DNA of 63,011 nucleotides, counting the filler, from Choristocarpus tenellus KU-1152 (Eukaryota; Protista; Phaeophyceae): assembly GCA_964200185.2 (NCBI GenBank). It is 12 parts of 12 records of this genome, joined end to end, with 100 filler letters (N's around TTAATTAATTAA, not from the genome) between each part and the next. Parts side by side here need not be neighbours in the genome. Positions count along the whole stretch, not along the records: positions 9,401 to 14,730 come from CAXNAD020011128.1; positions 14,831 to 18,759 come from CAXNAD020017091.1; positions 18,860 to 21,969 come from CAXNAD020022265.1; positions 22,070 to 24,892 come from CAXNAD020024444.1; positions 24,993 to 29,018 come from CAXNAD020016606.1; 7 more parts are not named here. One strand, written 5' to 3'. The position numbers and the translations under genes are program-made. Positions 13,269-26,689 of this stretch are shown piece by piece (position 1 is the stretch's first letter; every line of letters begins with the position of its first letter). A model generated the notes under the pieces. That model had not been told where the DNA came from. It did not search any database and saw only the letters and a list, made by a program, of their open reading frames with translations.

Positions 13269-15404
13269 TGGGCGAAACCTGGTTTTATGTGATGGCTGAT
13301 GGGGAAAGGGTTATAGGGTATTTCCGCATGAGGATGATAGAGACCTTCCAGGGTCCTCTACTGTGCAGCACAAGATGAGGGAGTGAGTGGTTTGGGTCTG
13401 TTGAGGAGATGGTGAAGGTCATTAAGAAATAGTATGAGGAGTAAGATAAAACCACGCTTGAGAGGGCTTGGCAGCTCCTTTTTGTGGTGTACAATCAATT
13501 ACTTCGATATAAAGGGGGGGATGACTTCAGTGTGGAGCACACAGGGGTAAGGAAGAGGCAGTTGCCTGGTGAGTTTGAAAACACACTGAAGGTAGACATG
13601 GAGGCTTTTTCTGTGGCTGATAAAACTGTGATGGATGGTAGAGGAGGGAGTTGATTTTGGGAAGGTGGGCAAAAGGGCAGGGCATTGAAGAAAGGGATAA
13701 TCTACATAGCTGACTGATCAATCAGCCAAGGGACTTTAATACATGAGGGGAGGGGGGGTGGGGGGGGGAGTAATAATAATAATTTTTTTAAAAAGAGCTG
13801 ACCCTAACCTGAAATTCATCAAGGATTGCCAATCTTCTTTCAAGAAATGAATTTCATCAATATCTTCAGAAGTTATGGACAACGTGGAACAGACTTACGG
13901 CACAGAGGTAGTAAGGTAGTACATATATGTACATTTTATGTATTACTATGAACAGGGTCATACCTTGGATTGGATTAGGTTTAGGGGGGCCTTTGCAAAT
14001 GAGTGTGAGAACGGTTAGGTCAGTATCTTCAGGAGGATACCATCAAGGCGTCTGTTTTGGTAGTGGATGATTCGACAGTATTATTTTTTTTAACTTATTA
14101 GTAGTACTTAACATTCTTTTCTTTAAAAGCAAATCCGTGCTTTCTTTTTTTTTAGATTTTTTTTAATGTATATATATATGTAGTCTTTTTCCGAATCAAT
14201 AACAGCATATTCATGTATTTTATTTTTAACTTATGTGCTCGAGATGTAATACTTGATTTTTATTTGTTTCTGTTCATGTGATTGTGAAGATGTTTTTTTT
14301 TAGATTTTTATTGGAGCTGTTGTAAAAAAAAATTATGCAGGTAAATTTTTGTTGCATTTTCTTATTTTTTATGTTGAGTTGGAGTTGGAGTTGAAGCCCA
14401 CTGAACAATAGTGATAGAGTTGGCGTTGAAATTATTATTATTACTATTATTATTATTATTACCGTTGTCGTTTTACAATTCAGAACAGTTGAGAGGAAAT
14501 TTCCGGATCATTTTTGTACGCGAAGTTTTTTTTGTTCATTCTTTGAAGTGAATGATTTTAAATAAAATAAGTCAGATGTTACAATATATATATTTATTTA
14601 TTTTTTAATAAATCAATTTCCTTTTTTTCTGTTTTTTGTGATTCTTTTCCCAAAAAAAAAAAAACAAGATGTAATTTCCAACTTCGCTGCCCCTCGCGAA
14701 TAAAACCCAGGAACGAAAAATAGATTTAAANNNNNNNNNNNNNNNNNNNNNNNNNNNNNNNNNNNNNNNNNNNNTTAATTAATTAANNNNNNNNNNNNNN
14801 NNNNNNNNNNNNNNNNNNNNNNNNNNNNNNCCCCCCCAGATACTTTGACCCATATGTATCGGTCAGTCTGTCTAGAACCATTCCATATCCCCCTGAACTA
14901 TGTCATCTTTTTCTTTTTCATCATGGACAAGAATCAATATTGTAACCCTCAGCCTACTTGCCATAGGTATCTTCAAGGAGTAAATGTCATAACAGCCAGC
15001 GTTCTCCGCAGCATGGTGGAGAAGGCTGCCGAATCACTTGTTTCCTTCTTCAGGTATGTTTGTGGGAAGGATAATTTGGAGACCGCTAGATCAAGAAGAC
15101 ATCAGAACCAGCTCTCTGGGTTTATTATTGAAGTTATCTGATGAAGAGGGGTTGTTGAATGGAGAGTGACAGGGGCACCAAGCGTTGCAATCTATTTTAT
15201 TGGAAACAGGAAGGCACGGTATAGCAAGAAGACTGATGGTTTCACCCTAACACTATCATTCAGCAGTTCTCTCAACGTTTTGAGACCACTGACCAGACCC
15301 ACTCTATGAGAGCGATTATGTTCTGAGAGTGTTGACATCTTACAATAAAAGGGCTGGTTCGGAATCATATCCAGAGGGTTATTTTCTTACACATTTATGC
15401 AATG

Positions 15405-15661
15405 GAGTGAAAGTGTCTTTGAGGGTACAAGTTTTGCCCTGTTTTTCCCTTTGGGGCTTAGCTTCCATTGTATTTTTTATGACAATAACCTACTCTGAAA
15501 TGTTTCGGAGTTGGTAAAATGTATGCATTATGAAAAGGCGTGTTCAGAACAAGGATATTGACACTTCCTAACAAACACAATAGTCTAAATTACATCAAAA
15601 TTGCAACAATGGATTTGCCCCCCAAATGGATGCGGCTCTACCTTCTAAGATATTTAGACTT
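15405..15661 (+). mobile_element. MITE family B, degenerate full-length copy
   Basis: Colinear with the other B copies; TIRs eroded. Confidence 0.8.
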
Positions 15662-16473
15662 ATACAAACCAGTCCTGGGCAGTCTGAGCAATCCAATTAT
15701 TATAAATGTTACTCTAATCAAATTGAACAAGTGGATCGATCAAATCTGGCATGCCTCAATCCAGGGTAAATATCTTTATCATGTCAAGTCTTGTATGGGG
15801 AGTAATAGACCAGGAGGAGGTGTAATTCTAGTAGCTATAAGATTGAGACAGCAAGAAGAGTGTGATAGATAGTAGGGATCTATTACTGAAGGCCAGTAAA
15901 TTAGAAAATGAGTAACTCTATCTTACCACCCGTCAACCACTGTTCGCGTACCTTTAGGGAAAGTTGACTTACCTCTCACTTGGTGATTCTGTCACCTGAT
16001 CACTCCTTATTAACTTCATTGTACACCAATAGAGTCAAAGTAAATGAGATCCTTCCCAGAGTTGCTTTTTAAGGATACCTACCAACAAATATGTGCAATT
16101 TTTTTTTTCAATGTTATTTTCTGAATTGTGTTGAATAGTTTCAAACAATAGAGAAATTAACATTCTCAGATCAAACTTAGCACTTCCTCCATAGAAATAT
16201 GGGTGGGTGAATTGCAGGAGATTGAAAACTGGCCTAAAATACAAAATGTCCATAACCTGGGTACCTCTCGAACACTTTGACTCATAAAGTAAATCCAATA
16301 TGCCCTTTTTTTATCTAGGAGTCCTCATTGCCTCTAATCCAATTGTCATTATTCAATCTGTGCAGTCAACAATTTTCTCCAAGCTGACACCCCTCTCAGT
16401 AGAAGTGACTGATGCAATATCTCCTGGGTGCATGCGTGTATCCATTCTGGAAATTTTCTACCCATGATTCAGA

Positions 16474-16671
16474 CTCTATGAGACTTCATCGGAGGGCAAA
16501 AGAACTCCTGGACTTGAAAAGGAAAATCAAGAAATTGAATGGTCCCAATACGAAGAACTCTCTCAACTCCAATTAGAAGCTACAGAGGAAGACCATGGTT
16601 GTGAGGGTGCGGCTTCTACAAAGAAGCATCAAAAACCATTTCTTGAAGTTCCTCTACCACCAGCATTCAAG
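16474..16671 (+). CDS. Possible exon of an unknown acidic protein
   Basis: Open segment between CAG and GTCAGG: LYETSSEGKRTPGLEKENQEIEWSQYEELSQLQLEATEED...PLPPAFK. Confidence 0.3.
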
Positions 16672-16998
16672 GTCAGGTTTGGGGTCAGTGTAGGTCAGTG
16701 GTACTGAAGACAATGAAAGATGGATGTTGAAGTTACATCAACTACACCATGCGTTAAAAGAGCACAGCCTGTCAATATACCACCTTTACCGCAGCCACAC
16801 TTGCGACATCCAGCATCACCCAGCAATGAAGATTGTGTATTTAGTCTGGCCCATCCCCTTCCACATGTAGCATTTAAGGCTACCAGTCCCCATGTACCTG
16901 CTCACTGAGACTTCAGCCCTACCAATCAGTGCTTCTTCTTCCTCCTAAATTAGTTCTCATGTTACATTTCCTAGAACGGATAGTGCACACTGATTGGC

Positions 16999-17180
16999 CG
17001 CTCAAAGTATCTGGGGGGGGGGGAGTGGCGACTGTCCTTTTGGGGTCAATTTTTTCATATCGAGATTTTTTGGTGATTTGGTTGCATACGTCGGATGGAT
17101 AATGTAAATGAACTTTTTCTGATTTTGACCCAAATGGACACCCTAGTGTAGACCTCTCCCCCCCCCAGATACTTTGGGTC
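16999..17180 (+). mobile_element. MITE family A
   Basis: Both TIRs present; exact 4-bp TSD TGGC. Confidence 0.9.
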
Positions 17181-18241
17181 TGGCACTACAACCACGCAGC
17201 ACACTATATCACACCTAAGTCTCCTTCCTGATCTATTGTGTATAGTGATTGCACCTATGTTTAGGAGATCTCTCCATAGTAGGTGAATCTCAATCAATCT
17301 ACCTTTCTTTCTTCCTATACTGCATATATCTCTTCTAATGATGCCCTCGTTCTTCTAGCACATCTGATATATTGAAACTAAGTCAAGAACAACGGAACAG
17401 ATATACCTGGAGAGTGTGCAAGAGACTGGAAGCGTTCCGCGTGTGGACTCTGAGGGGGATACAAGTTCGGGTCTCTCCTGCACGGCGTCCTTGTTGGCTC
17501 TAGAGGAGACTGTCCTAAAGGCAAGTGAACACCCTAATTGAGTGAAAGGAAAGGGGACTCGTGTTTAGAGAGTGAGAGAGGGATCCCCTCGAACTATATA
17601 TAGGTCAGGCATCGGAAGACATAATACAGGCCATGAGTTATGTCATACTCTCAGGGTACGAGTTTTTTTAAATAATTTGCACTGTACATGCTTACTGTGG
17701 TGCTTATATCTACATATATGTATATATATCTGCTTGGTGCTGTCAAGGGAGACCTGAACTGATAATGACAAACACGTTGCAGTTCTGATACTGTGGCTAA
17801 ACCACAATACAGTCGCTCTTCTTGAGTACCACAAGATATTTCTTGAAGCAAAATATTGAAATGGAAGCTAGACTCGTACATATATATGTACATACATATA
17901 CTCAGTATATCAGTAAGTCTTGGTCTGATATTGGTTGTCATGGTGTAGACTTGGCATCTCGACTTTGACACAACTTGGTGTTCTCTTAACCCTAACCCTA
18001 ACTTCCGGAAAAACACGTAGCTACAATGTCTAAGGATAACAAGTTGCAACTACGTCTAGTTTGGTGTTTCCTAACTGCAAGAAGAAAGGTCACCATTTGA
18101 AATGCAAGGAAAACTCCAATGAGTGGGTATACTCTCCTAGGCCCCCAAGAAGCACTTGACAAGACTAGAGGTCCTAAGTAGTGTTTAATTGAGCTGTGGT
18201 ACTTCTATCCTTGTAGATAAATGTATATCAATGAATGAGGT

Positions 18242-18403
18242 GGGTCAAAGTATATGGGGGTGTGTGTTGGCGTCCGTTTTTCACCCTTTTTGGTGTGATT
18301 TGGTCGCACGTGTCCGATTTGAAATGTCAGAAAAAAAAAAATTGTTTGACAGAAACGGACGCCCTCTCACAAACCACCCCCCCCCCCCCAGATACTTTGA
18401 CCT
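18242..18403 (+). mobile_element. MITE family C, complete (162 bp)
   Basis: TIR GGGTCAAAGTAT...ATACTTTGACCT; subterminal GGCGTCCGTTT/AAACGGACGCC; exact 4-bp TSD AGGT. Confidence 0.9.
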
Positions 18404-18539
18404 AGGTACCAAAGAAATATAGAAGATTGAGCGCAAGCAGTCCTTCTCAATATATAATGAAGCAGTGTAGCTCCCCAGGAATGTTCTACATCCCGTGCTC
18501 TTTAAACTAGGCACGGTATAAAATTTCGTTCTAGGATCT

Positions 18540-18692
18540 GACTCAAAGTATCTGGGGTGTATGGCAGCTGTCCATTTGGGGCCCATTTTTCCGTGTTGCA
18601 TGTTGTGGGTGATTTGATTGCATGCATCGGATGGATAATGAAAATTCACTTCTCCTGGTCATGGCCCAAATTAAAACCCTAGCGTAGTAGAC

Positions 18693-18731
<39 letters not shown>
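18540..18731 (+). mobile_element. MITE family A ending in poly-C at a contig break
   Basis: Left TIR and full core; right TIR lost in the homopolymer. Confidence 0.8.
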
Positions 18732-18732
<1 letters not shown>

Positions 18733-19678
18733 TGTTCTTTTTCTCTTCTTCTCTTTTTTNNNNNNNNNNNNNNNNNNNNNNNNNNNNNNNNNNNNNNNNN
18801 NNNTTAATTAATTAANNNNNNNNNNNNNNNNNNNNNNNNNNNNNNNNNNNNNNNNNNNNCCAACTGGACACCCCCCCCCCCCCCCCCCAGTAATTTGAGC
18901 CTCTCTAAGTTACTTCTTAGAAGTATCATTCTTGATCTGCAGTACCTTGCATGCTCTACTCGTTCCCAAGATCATCCTATAAGGATGAACGGTTTTTTAG
19001 GGTGTATTGCACATGTACATATTTTGCTTGGAAGTAACTGGGAATAATATATAGAACTGTGGAATACTTGCTTCACCTTATTGGGCATACGCTTTTTACG
19101 CACTTTGGAAAGAAGTGGAATTTGGTATAGTGTTTTTGGGAAACCGCTTTCATGTTCATAGTCTGTGATTATATCATTACCCTTGATGAAATCACACATT
19201 CCACCAAACCCGATGTAACCATGATATTTTTCTCCAGAGTGTTTCACTTTCTTCCAGATGATAAAGTGTCCTTGTATTGTATCGGCTTCCGATGTTGGAA
19301 TGAGTGGGTTCAAACCTGGCTGAGATCAAACTTTATTTCAAGGGAATCTGCGATGTAACTAACATGTGGCAGGCACAACAGAAAGGTACACCTAGCTGTA
19401 TCTTCCAGTTTGTCCCAAAATCACGAAAAAGAACATGAAAAACCTGATTCATGGAGGCATTAATACAATACAATTAGTCGTAGTGTGACATTTAGTTAAT
19501 AGTGAATGAGAAGTAGTGAAGTGTGCAGAGCTCTAGCAGCTCTAGGCCAGGGTCGGGACTAGTTAGGGTCAAGGTAGCATACAACATCAAGAGTGAGTTT
19601 GTATTCATAGTAGGGAAAAGGTGACTATCTGATACAGTAATATAAATTAATGAATGGAGTCCTGCAGCAGTTATTCGA

Positions 19679-19751
19679 GCCCGGGTGGTCTAGTTGGTAA
19701 GATTCCTCTTTAGGGTAGAGGAGATCGCGAGTTCAAGTCTCGCCTCGGGTC
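19679..19751 (+). tRNA. tRNA-Pro (AGG), intronless
   Basis: Cloverleaf: acceptor GCCCGGG/CTCGGGT, D arm GTCT-AGTTGGTA-AGAT, anticodon arm CCTCT-TTAGGGT-AGAGG, T arm GCGAG-TTCAAGT-CTCGC, discriminator C. A TATAAAT lies about 38 bp upstream. Confidence 0.95.
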
Positions 19752-19754
19752 GTA

Positions 19755-19759
19755 TTTTT
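19755..19759 (+). terminator. RNA polymerase III oligo-T terminator of tRNA-Pro
   Basis: TTTTT 3 nt after the discriminator base. Confidence 0.7.
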
Positions 19760-20651
19760 GGTGTTAACTTTACCCAAGCGGATCATCCTCTAGACGATGT
19801 AGAGTTGTGGTGGTAGTAAATCTCTACATGAATGTTGTGTTGGTAGTTTGGACTTCATCAACACCGCACTTCTTTCGATCAAAATATATTTTCGATTATC
19901 CATACTCCATGCATATAGCAAGAACAAACAATCGCATATATATCAATGTCGTATCTGTTAGTATCCCACAATGATGTCAGACCAAGATCGAGGTGACAAT
20001 GTCAAGGTGGATCCAACACAAGATTAGAGGGAGGTGGACGATAACAGTGAGATGGCTAAGCTCAACATGCGAGAGCAAGGCATGAACAGTTGGTTATACC
20101 ACTGGTTCATTAGCATGAGAAGTGTTATAGCGCAAGATTCTACTACCTCTGGCCACAGATGGGGATAAGCCCCAGAAAAAGTAAACACCATTAGAGGTGT
20201 GAATCACGATAGTTCAATCGGCCCGATTAATCAGAATGACTGTTTGACCGAACTGAAAATATGCACTTATTATTATTTTTCGTCACAACACAAGTAGAAC
20301 TACTGAATGTGTCCGAGGACACAAAGGAACCATTCACGGTTTCGGATGTGCCTGCTAAGACCTGTGGAACCGTTACTCTCGCGGTGCCGCATGTCACCTG
20401 AAAAATCTGTGCGAATTTCACTCGTGTCTCCTTGTACGCTGAGAGTTCAATCCAGCCAAAATATTTCTGTAGTCAATTTAATGGTAGGTGTAAATTAATT
20501 TGGTTGACACACCACAAGGTAATATATACTTCAAAATTATTATTACACTGACAAAAAATCCCATCGACCAGAGGTAAATCATTATTCGGTATACTTCTTG
20601 AGGGTGCATCAACTCTTGCCCATAAAATCGAATCACTGTATTATATCAGTA

Positions 20652-21094
20652 GGCTCAAAGTATCTTTGGGGGGGGAGGGGGGTCTACACCAGAGTGTCCA
20701 TTCGGGCCCTGACCAGGAGAAGTCCACTTACATCATGAGTGAAAGCATCTTAGAGGGTACGTGTTTTGCCCTGTTTGGTCCGTTTGGGGCTTGACTTCCC
20801 ACAGGTTTTTACGACATTTTACCTACTCCAAAAGTTTCAGAGTACGTAAAATGTATACGATATGAAATGGTGCATCTGGAACAAGGATATTGACACTTCC
20901 TAAGAAACACAATAGCCAAAATTACATCAAAATCGCAATTTTGGAATTTGGCTCCCAAACGGGCGCAACTCTACCCTCTAAGATACTTTGACTCTATCCA
21001 TCTGACGCATGCAACTAATTTCCCCCCAAAATCGCGACATGGAAAAATGGGCCCCGAGTTGACAGCCACCACCTCCCCCCAGATACTTTGAGCC
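20652..21094 (-). mobile_element. MITE family A carrying a nested family B element
   Basis: TIRs GGCTCAAAGTATCT/AGATACTTTGAGCC; flanks AGTA/ACTA. Confidence 0.9.
20737..20994 (+). mobile_element. MITE family B nested inside a family A copy
   Basis: Complete B element splits the A consensus ACTTACAT|TATCCATC. Confidence 0.9.
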
Positions 21095-21859
21095 ACTAGG
21101 AAGCTACATATTGTAGGTCTGTCGATTACGAAAAATCGGTTGTACTTAGGCGTTCAGGACTTTTGTCCCCCAAGCTCCCCAGAGGCATTTTGACACACTT
21201 CTGCATGTGAATAGAATCACGATTGCTTTTTGAGACAAGCATTCCCAAGGCCTAGACTTACAAGAAATCCTAAGTTCGATCGCAATTTCCTTCTTATATT
21301 TTGCGTTTTGAGTCCTTCATTTTGATAACCAGAGTGAAAGCAGCAGAAATGTTTCGATTTTGCAGGTATTTTTATCATACCCAAATAAGGAGGAAGAAAT
21401 AGATGTAGATGTAGTGTAGAGAAATTATGCTTTTCAATGATGGGTGCCAACCTCATTTTCCTCCCCTTCATTGATGTGACCTGACTATGACGCTGGCTAA
21501 CTCTTCTGTCTATCACCTTGTCTCAGGTGGTGGTTATTGGAGTCCCGGTGATACGGCGTGGCAGCGGTCCAGCAATCTACTGGCAATGGATGACTTTTCT
21601 CCATGCTGCTGTTGGACTTAAGAACCTACAAGCTGTTAGTATCAGCAAAGTCCGTCGCCGCCCCGCCAGTGATAACATCAGCCGCTACACATGGAATAGA
21701 GCAAAGGATGAGACGGACAGGATTAAATCTGAAGAGGTCGGACTTTCTGCAGGTTCGAGCTCTACCTTATCAATATCACATTACATTATGTGCATTGAAA
21801 TTGCTCCTCTGGAAAGAGTCCAGAGTTGCGACCAGAAGAATTTGATACAGCAACAATTA

Positions 21860-21969
21860 GGGTCAAAGTATCTGGGGGGGAGGGGGTTGTTTGTGAGGGG
21901 GCGTTCGTTTCGGTCAAACAACTCTTTTTTTTACTGACATTTCAAATCCGACACGTGCGACCAAATTAC
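21860..21969 (-). mobile_element. MITE family C, inverted, truncated by contig end
   Basis: Reverse complement of the right half of 18242-18403. Confidence 0.82.
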
Positions 21970-24900
21970 NNNNNNNNNNNNNNNNNNNNNNNNNNNNNNN
22001 NNNNNNNNNNNNNTTAATTAATTAANNNNNNNNNNNNNNNNNNNNNNNNNNNNNNNNNNNNNNNNNNNNCCCCCCAGATACTTTGACCCTACATATGGTC
22101 ATCCATTTTGGCAACATCCTCTCCAGATGTGCTGCTAGAAAGTGTCAAACAATTGTTACAGTTAAGGCCTGTGCCTTGGGTGTTTATGACCCGAGTCAAA
22201 CATCAAAATGTGTAGGCGAGAACTCTACGATCCTTGTTTGAACTTGCAACTTGCACATGGGATGGACCTGAGCACAGCTAACAGAGTGCTCAGATGATGT
22301 GGATGCATGTCGCACATCTCGTGTAACCTTGACTCCCTCTTGTCTACAATACTCCGATACCACAGGAGACAATTGCGTACCTCTAAACCTAGACTGAATT
22401 GGTAGGGGATGTCGAGAGGGGGAAAAGCATCCTGTAGACCCCATGTGTATTGGCATTTCGAGGTGAGAAATTGTGCTTGTGCTGTGCTTTGATGGGACCA
22501 AGGGTTAGGGCTGAGGAAGCATGCGGACCGTGATATCTTGTTCCGGAGCTTCACCTCTGCGACAGTGGAATGAATGTCCTTAGGGCTGGGGAAGTGATAC
22601 CTCAGATTTGATTAGTTTTAACAACAATCACAAGAAGAGTTTAGCCGATAGGACATGATGTCAACCAAAAGCTCTTTTTGGTAGTTGCATGCACCACGTG
22701 TCTGTCCATGGCACCAAATTCCCCTCGAAAAATATGATATCCCCAAGCCCTATAGGACGCTATTTTTTCCAGCACACACTGAGTGTTGAGTAATGTGGTT
22801 GAGTCTTGTGCTTCTCATTGGATTTTGGAAATCTCATTTCCAGAGCGAAAGCATTCGATTGTGAGACCCATAAACTGAGGAGGAGATCAGTAGCTGCTGT
22901 GTAGAACTGCAATGGAGTGGGAGCAGTCACCCCAACCTATCTGACTGCTTACATCAAGAATACTCTGTGGTCTCTTTTAACTATTCAGAGGCATCTTTAT
23001 GGAGAGATTTTTGGTGTGTTTGGGTGTATTTCACCTGAGTGGACTCCTTGTCTTGCTTTTCTAGGTGTTCGATAGCAGTATACTTGGCGCATTCTAGATG
23101 GTATGCTCATGCTTCTGTCAAGTAATTTGCATCACCACCACCCCCCCCCACCTGATGTACCCAACTTGGATGCATACAAACTTGCCAGCCACTACCCCAA
23201 ACTATTTCAACTGATTTTGACCTTGGGTATCAGTGAAGGGGGGGGGGGGGGGTCTAACAGAGGAGAAATTGACTTTTGATACTGTGCAACGACTGCGCAG
23301 TTTTCGAGATCGTGGGTTTCCCGGGTGTTGGGGTGGTTTCCACTATAGTGTACCTATGTAGTGCACCTATTGTCTCTGTCTGACTTAGGGTTAGGTACAA
23401 CAGAGGTGAACAAGGTGAAAGGGTTTCTTGTTATTTGTTTTGACAGACTTGAAAGTATTTGAATTTGGTTCATACCTTGACGACACAATGCTGTCAAGTC
23501 CTGCCGTTTACGGACTTGTGATCTGGACATGTTGCAACATACGGGGGATACCGCTTGAACTCTCAGTTCGTAGACCGCTTCTTGTCTTTTTTCTTTTTCT
23601 TCGTTAGAGGTCGCAGCTCCATGGTTGGTGCACAATGTCTTGAGTCGAGAGCCCCCTCCCTCCCCCCCGAACAAACAATCCCCCGGGGCTAGTGAAGATT
23701 GTGCGTTTTATTCAGCAAAATCGAAGTATACTCTAGGTCTCGTTCTACTTCACCCTTTCGTGAATGGGCAAAGGGAAATTAAGAGAATTGGACTCACGTG
23801 CGGCTGGAACTCGGAAAAGAAAAATAAGTAACAATTAAAAATTTGTTGAGGAAGGCATATGCCTCAATGCACTCAACACTCACTACTGTAGGATTTCATG
23901 TATTTGGTTCATTTTGAGGTCACCTGTGGGTAGTAGGAAATGGCAGGTTCTAATATTTTTACTCAAGTGCACAGCTTGAGGTTTTGCCCATTTGAGCTCT
24001 CTCTTGAACACATAGTGGAGCATGGCATGGAGAGCGGTTGTTCTGTTACTACTATTTGTGTGTGATTAGTATACATAGTATGTGTTATACTGCTGTGGTG
24101 TATGATATGTATACACAGTATGTGCCATACTACTGTGTTGATTGTCAGTAGGTACTACTGTTAATGATGTGTACCATCTCTCAATGGGGTGTACTATATT
24201 GTACAAATTTATATCAGAGACCTTTGGGGTATTTAATGGACTAGTGATGGAAACCGAGTTATTTGATGCGGTGTGCTCATGGTCAAGGCAACCCATTGAA
24301 GGATAGGTTAGGTTAGGTTTTTGTATTATAACATAGGGCGTCTTGTATGTATGTACCGCACTGGATTCGGTATCGTCCTTGGCCAGATTCTGACACTTGA
24401 TATCCTATGCTAACACTTAATATACTATGTTAACTCCAGAGCTCATGATCTCAACATGCACGATGTACAACTCATCTTTGATTGGTCCAGCCAGTTCATC
24501 TTGTCCTTATCCCGTCCTCCCCACCCCCCAACGTGATCCTCATGAACATGTTTGTTTTTTTATTCTTACAGTCCATTGTTTACCTGACGGCTGGCTGCCT
24601 GGGGTTTGTACATCTCATGTTCGTTATCCTTGGAAGGTAAGTAAGGAAACGGTCGGTTCTAACTATTGAAGTTGCAAGGGTATGTATTGACTACAGTGCT
24701 AGAGGGAGAGCAAGCAGACAACAAACCTTCCATGTTATACAAGGCATACAGTACAGGTGTTTCCAGTGTTGTGGAGTGTATGGCACTCATTTTTTGTTAC
24801 TGACCCCCCCCCCCCCCCCCCCCCCCCGGCTTGGCGGTTAATATTTAGCTTCAAAAGAAAGTTTTAAAAAAAGCCAGGGATGGGGGGAACAANNNNNNNN

Positions 24901-25048
24901 NNNNNNNNNNNNNNNNNNNNNNNNNNNNNNNNNNNNTTAATTAATTAANNNNNNNNNNNNNNNNNNNNNNNNNNNNNNNNNNNNNNNNNNNNGTGGGAGC
25001 TGGTAGCAGTATGGGTACGGGACTATTTCCCTCATCTTGAAACTTGTT

Positions 25049-25220
25049 GGGGGGGGGGGGGGGGGGGGGGGGTCTACACCAGGATGTCCATTTGGTCCAT
25101 AACCAGGAAAGGTGCACTTACATTATCCATCTGACGTATGCAATCAAATCACCCCAAATCATGACATAAAAAAAATGGCCCCAAATGGACAGCTGCCACC
25201 ACCCCCAGATACGTTCAGCC
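25049..25220 (-). mobile_element. MITE family A, one TIR lost
   Basis: Poly-G followed by the inverted A core and AGATACGTTCAGCC. Confidence 0.8.
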
Positions 25221-26423
25221 ATTATTGACGGTGATATCTATTTGAGGGTTGCTGGTGAGTGTGCAGGAGTTGATCTTGTTTTTCTGACGTGTAACTGAAA
25301 GTGTATGTGGACTCCTTCCTTGAACTAGTTGTTAGGCATATGATCCTATTGTATATATGAATTATTCTTGTGATGACAGCAGTAGTAGTTTATTGAGGAG
25401 TTGACTATTCCATATTTTGCTCTTCAAATCTGTTTTTTGTTTATTTTGTATCCCTTCTTTGCCTTGCTGAAGGATTCTGGATTAAATAAATTAGGCACTC
25501 CTTTGGCTAATATCCACTCCACTCCTCCTCAACCAATGTTATGTCACTCACTCCTTTCCACACCAACTCTGCGACCACTTCCCGCTTAACAACTTACTAA
25601 TCAGTGCGGCCAATTTCCGTCACTAATATCCCATGACCAACCAGCCAGCATGTTGAATATTGCTTTTTTTTCTCCACAACAACACCAGCAAAAAGTTCCA
25701 GGGATATGCACCAGAGCAATTATCCCTCGACAGGACGAGATTGAGCGTAGTAGGCCCAATAAGAATATTTCTCAACGGGGTTGGACCAGGGTTTTCACCA
25801 AGAAAGCATCTGACTATTTCGCGTGTGAGTTATGTGAGTGGGGCAACAAAAAAATGTGTACTACTACTTGCACTTTACACGTACCAGATGCCAGTTAGTA
25901 TAAACAAAGCTTCTAAATATATTGTGTGAAGCAACAGATACTGTATAAGAAACAACCAACAGTTGTCCTATTTCGAGCTGTGAAGGTATCAGCAGTTTGA
26001 GATATGAAATGTGTAAATAAATCTTTTAACCTGGATTGTATGAAACGTTTACATTGACGGCAAGTACTCCAGAGTATTACAAAGCTACATTACGACTATT
26101 TGCCCAACCACACTCTCCTGGAAGACAAGCACTAATGCCCATGACTCGTCCTGCTTGTGTCCCAGTGTCCCCATCTCCTGGGGCTACTTCACCACGTCCT
26201 TGATTAGGTACCCGTTGAGCTGCAAATACACAAGATATATTTTTGTGCTTTGTGGGCCTCGCCATACATGCCTCGAACTCCCTCTTTATTTGAAGATATT
26301 GGTATTAAAATATCTGTGAGAGCTATTTTCCAGCTAAGGTATGCCTGAGTGATCTTCTGAGGGATTGCTCTCCCTCTTGCCTAGTCTGTCTCCATTTTCT
26401 TGCCTCCTGTGGGTCTTCCCACC

Positions 26424-26689
26424 TGTTAAAGTATCCCCCAGCTCATGTATGGACAGAAGAGATAAATTCAGCAGTATTACCAAATGTTTTTATAGTGATT
26501 ATTACCATATTACCAAGCAGAGGGGGTGACCATACAACCCCGAAACACCATGCTTAATGGAGCTAATTCCTATCTATCCGATCGTATACAAGAACAAATA
26601 TGGATTAACCAACAAATAATTCTCGTATTCTGACTCTACATGTATACTACAAGTGATACCCGTTACAGTTGGAGGATTCTATTCGAACA
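26424..26689 (-). repeat. 3' LTR of the copia element (266 bp)
   Basis: On the minus strand the polypurine tract AGGGAGAG directly precedes TGTT..., and the segment ends ...AACA (TG..CA termini). The second LTR is not in the contig. Confidence 0.65.

Noticed and set aside
18693-18759. Long poly-C/poly-G tracts as functional G-quadruplex elements
   Set aside because: They belong to MITE subterminal runs and coincide with contig ends, where length and neighbouring bases are unreliable.
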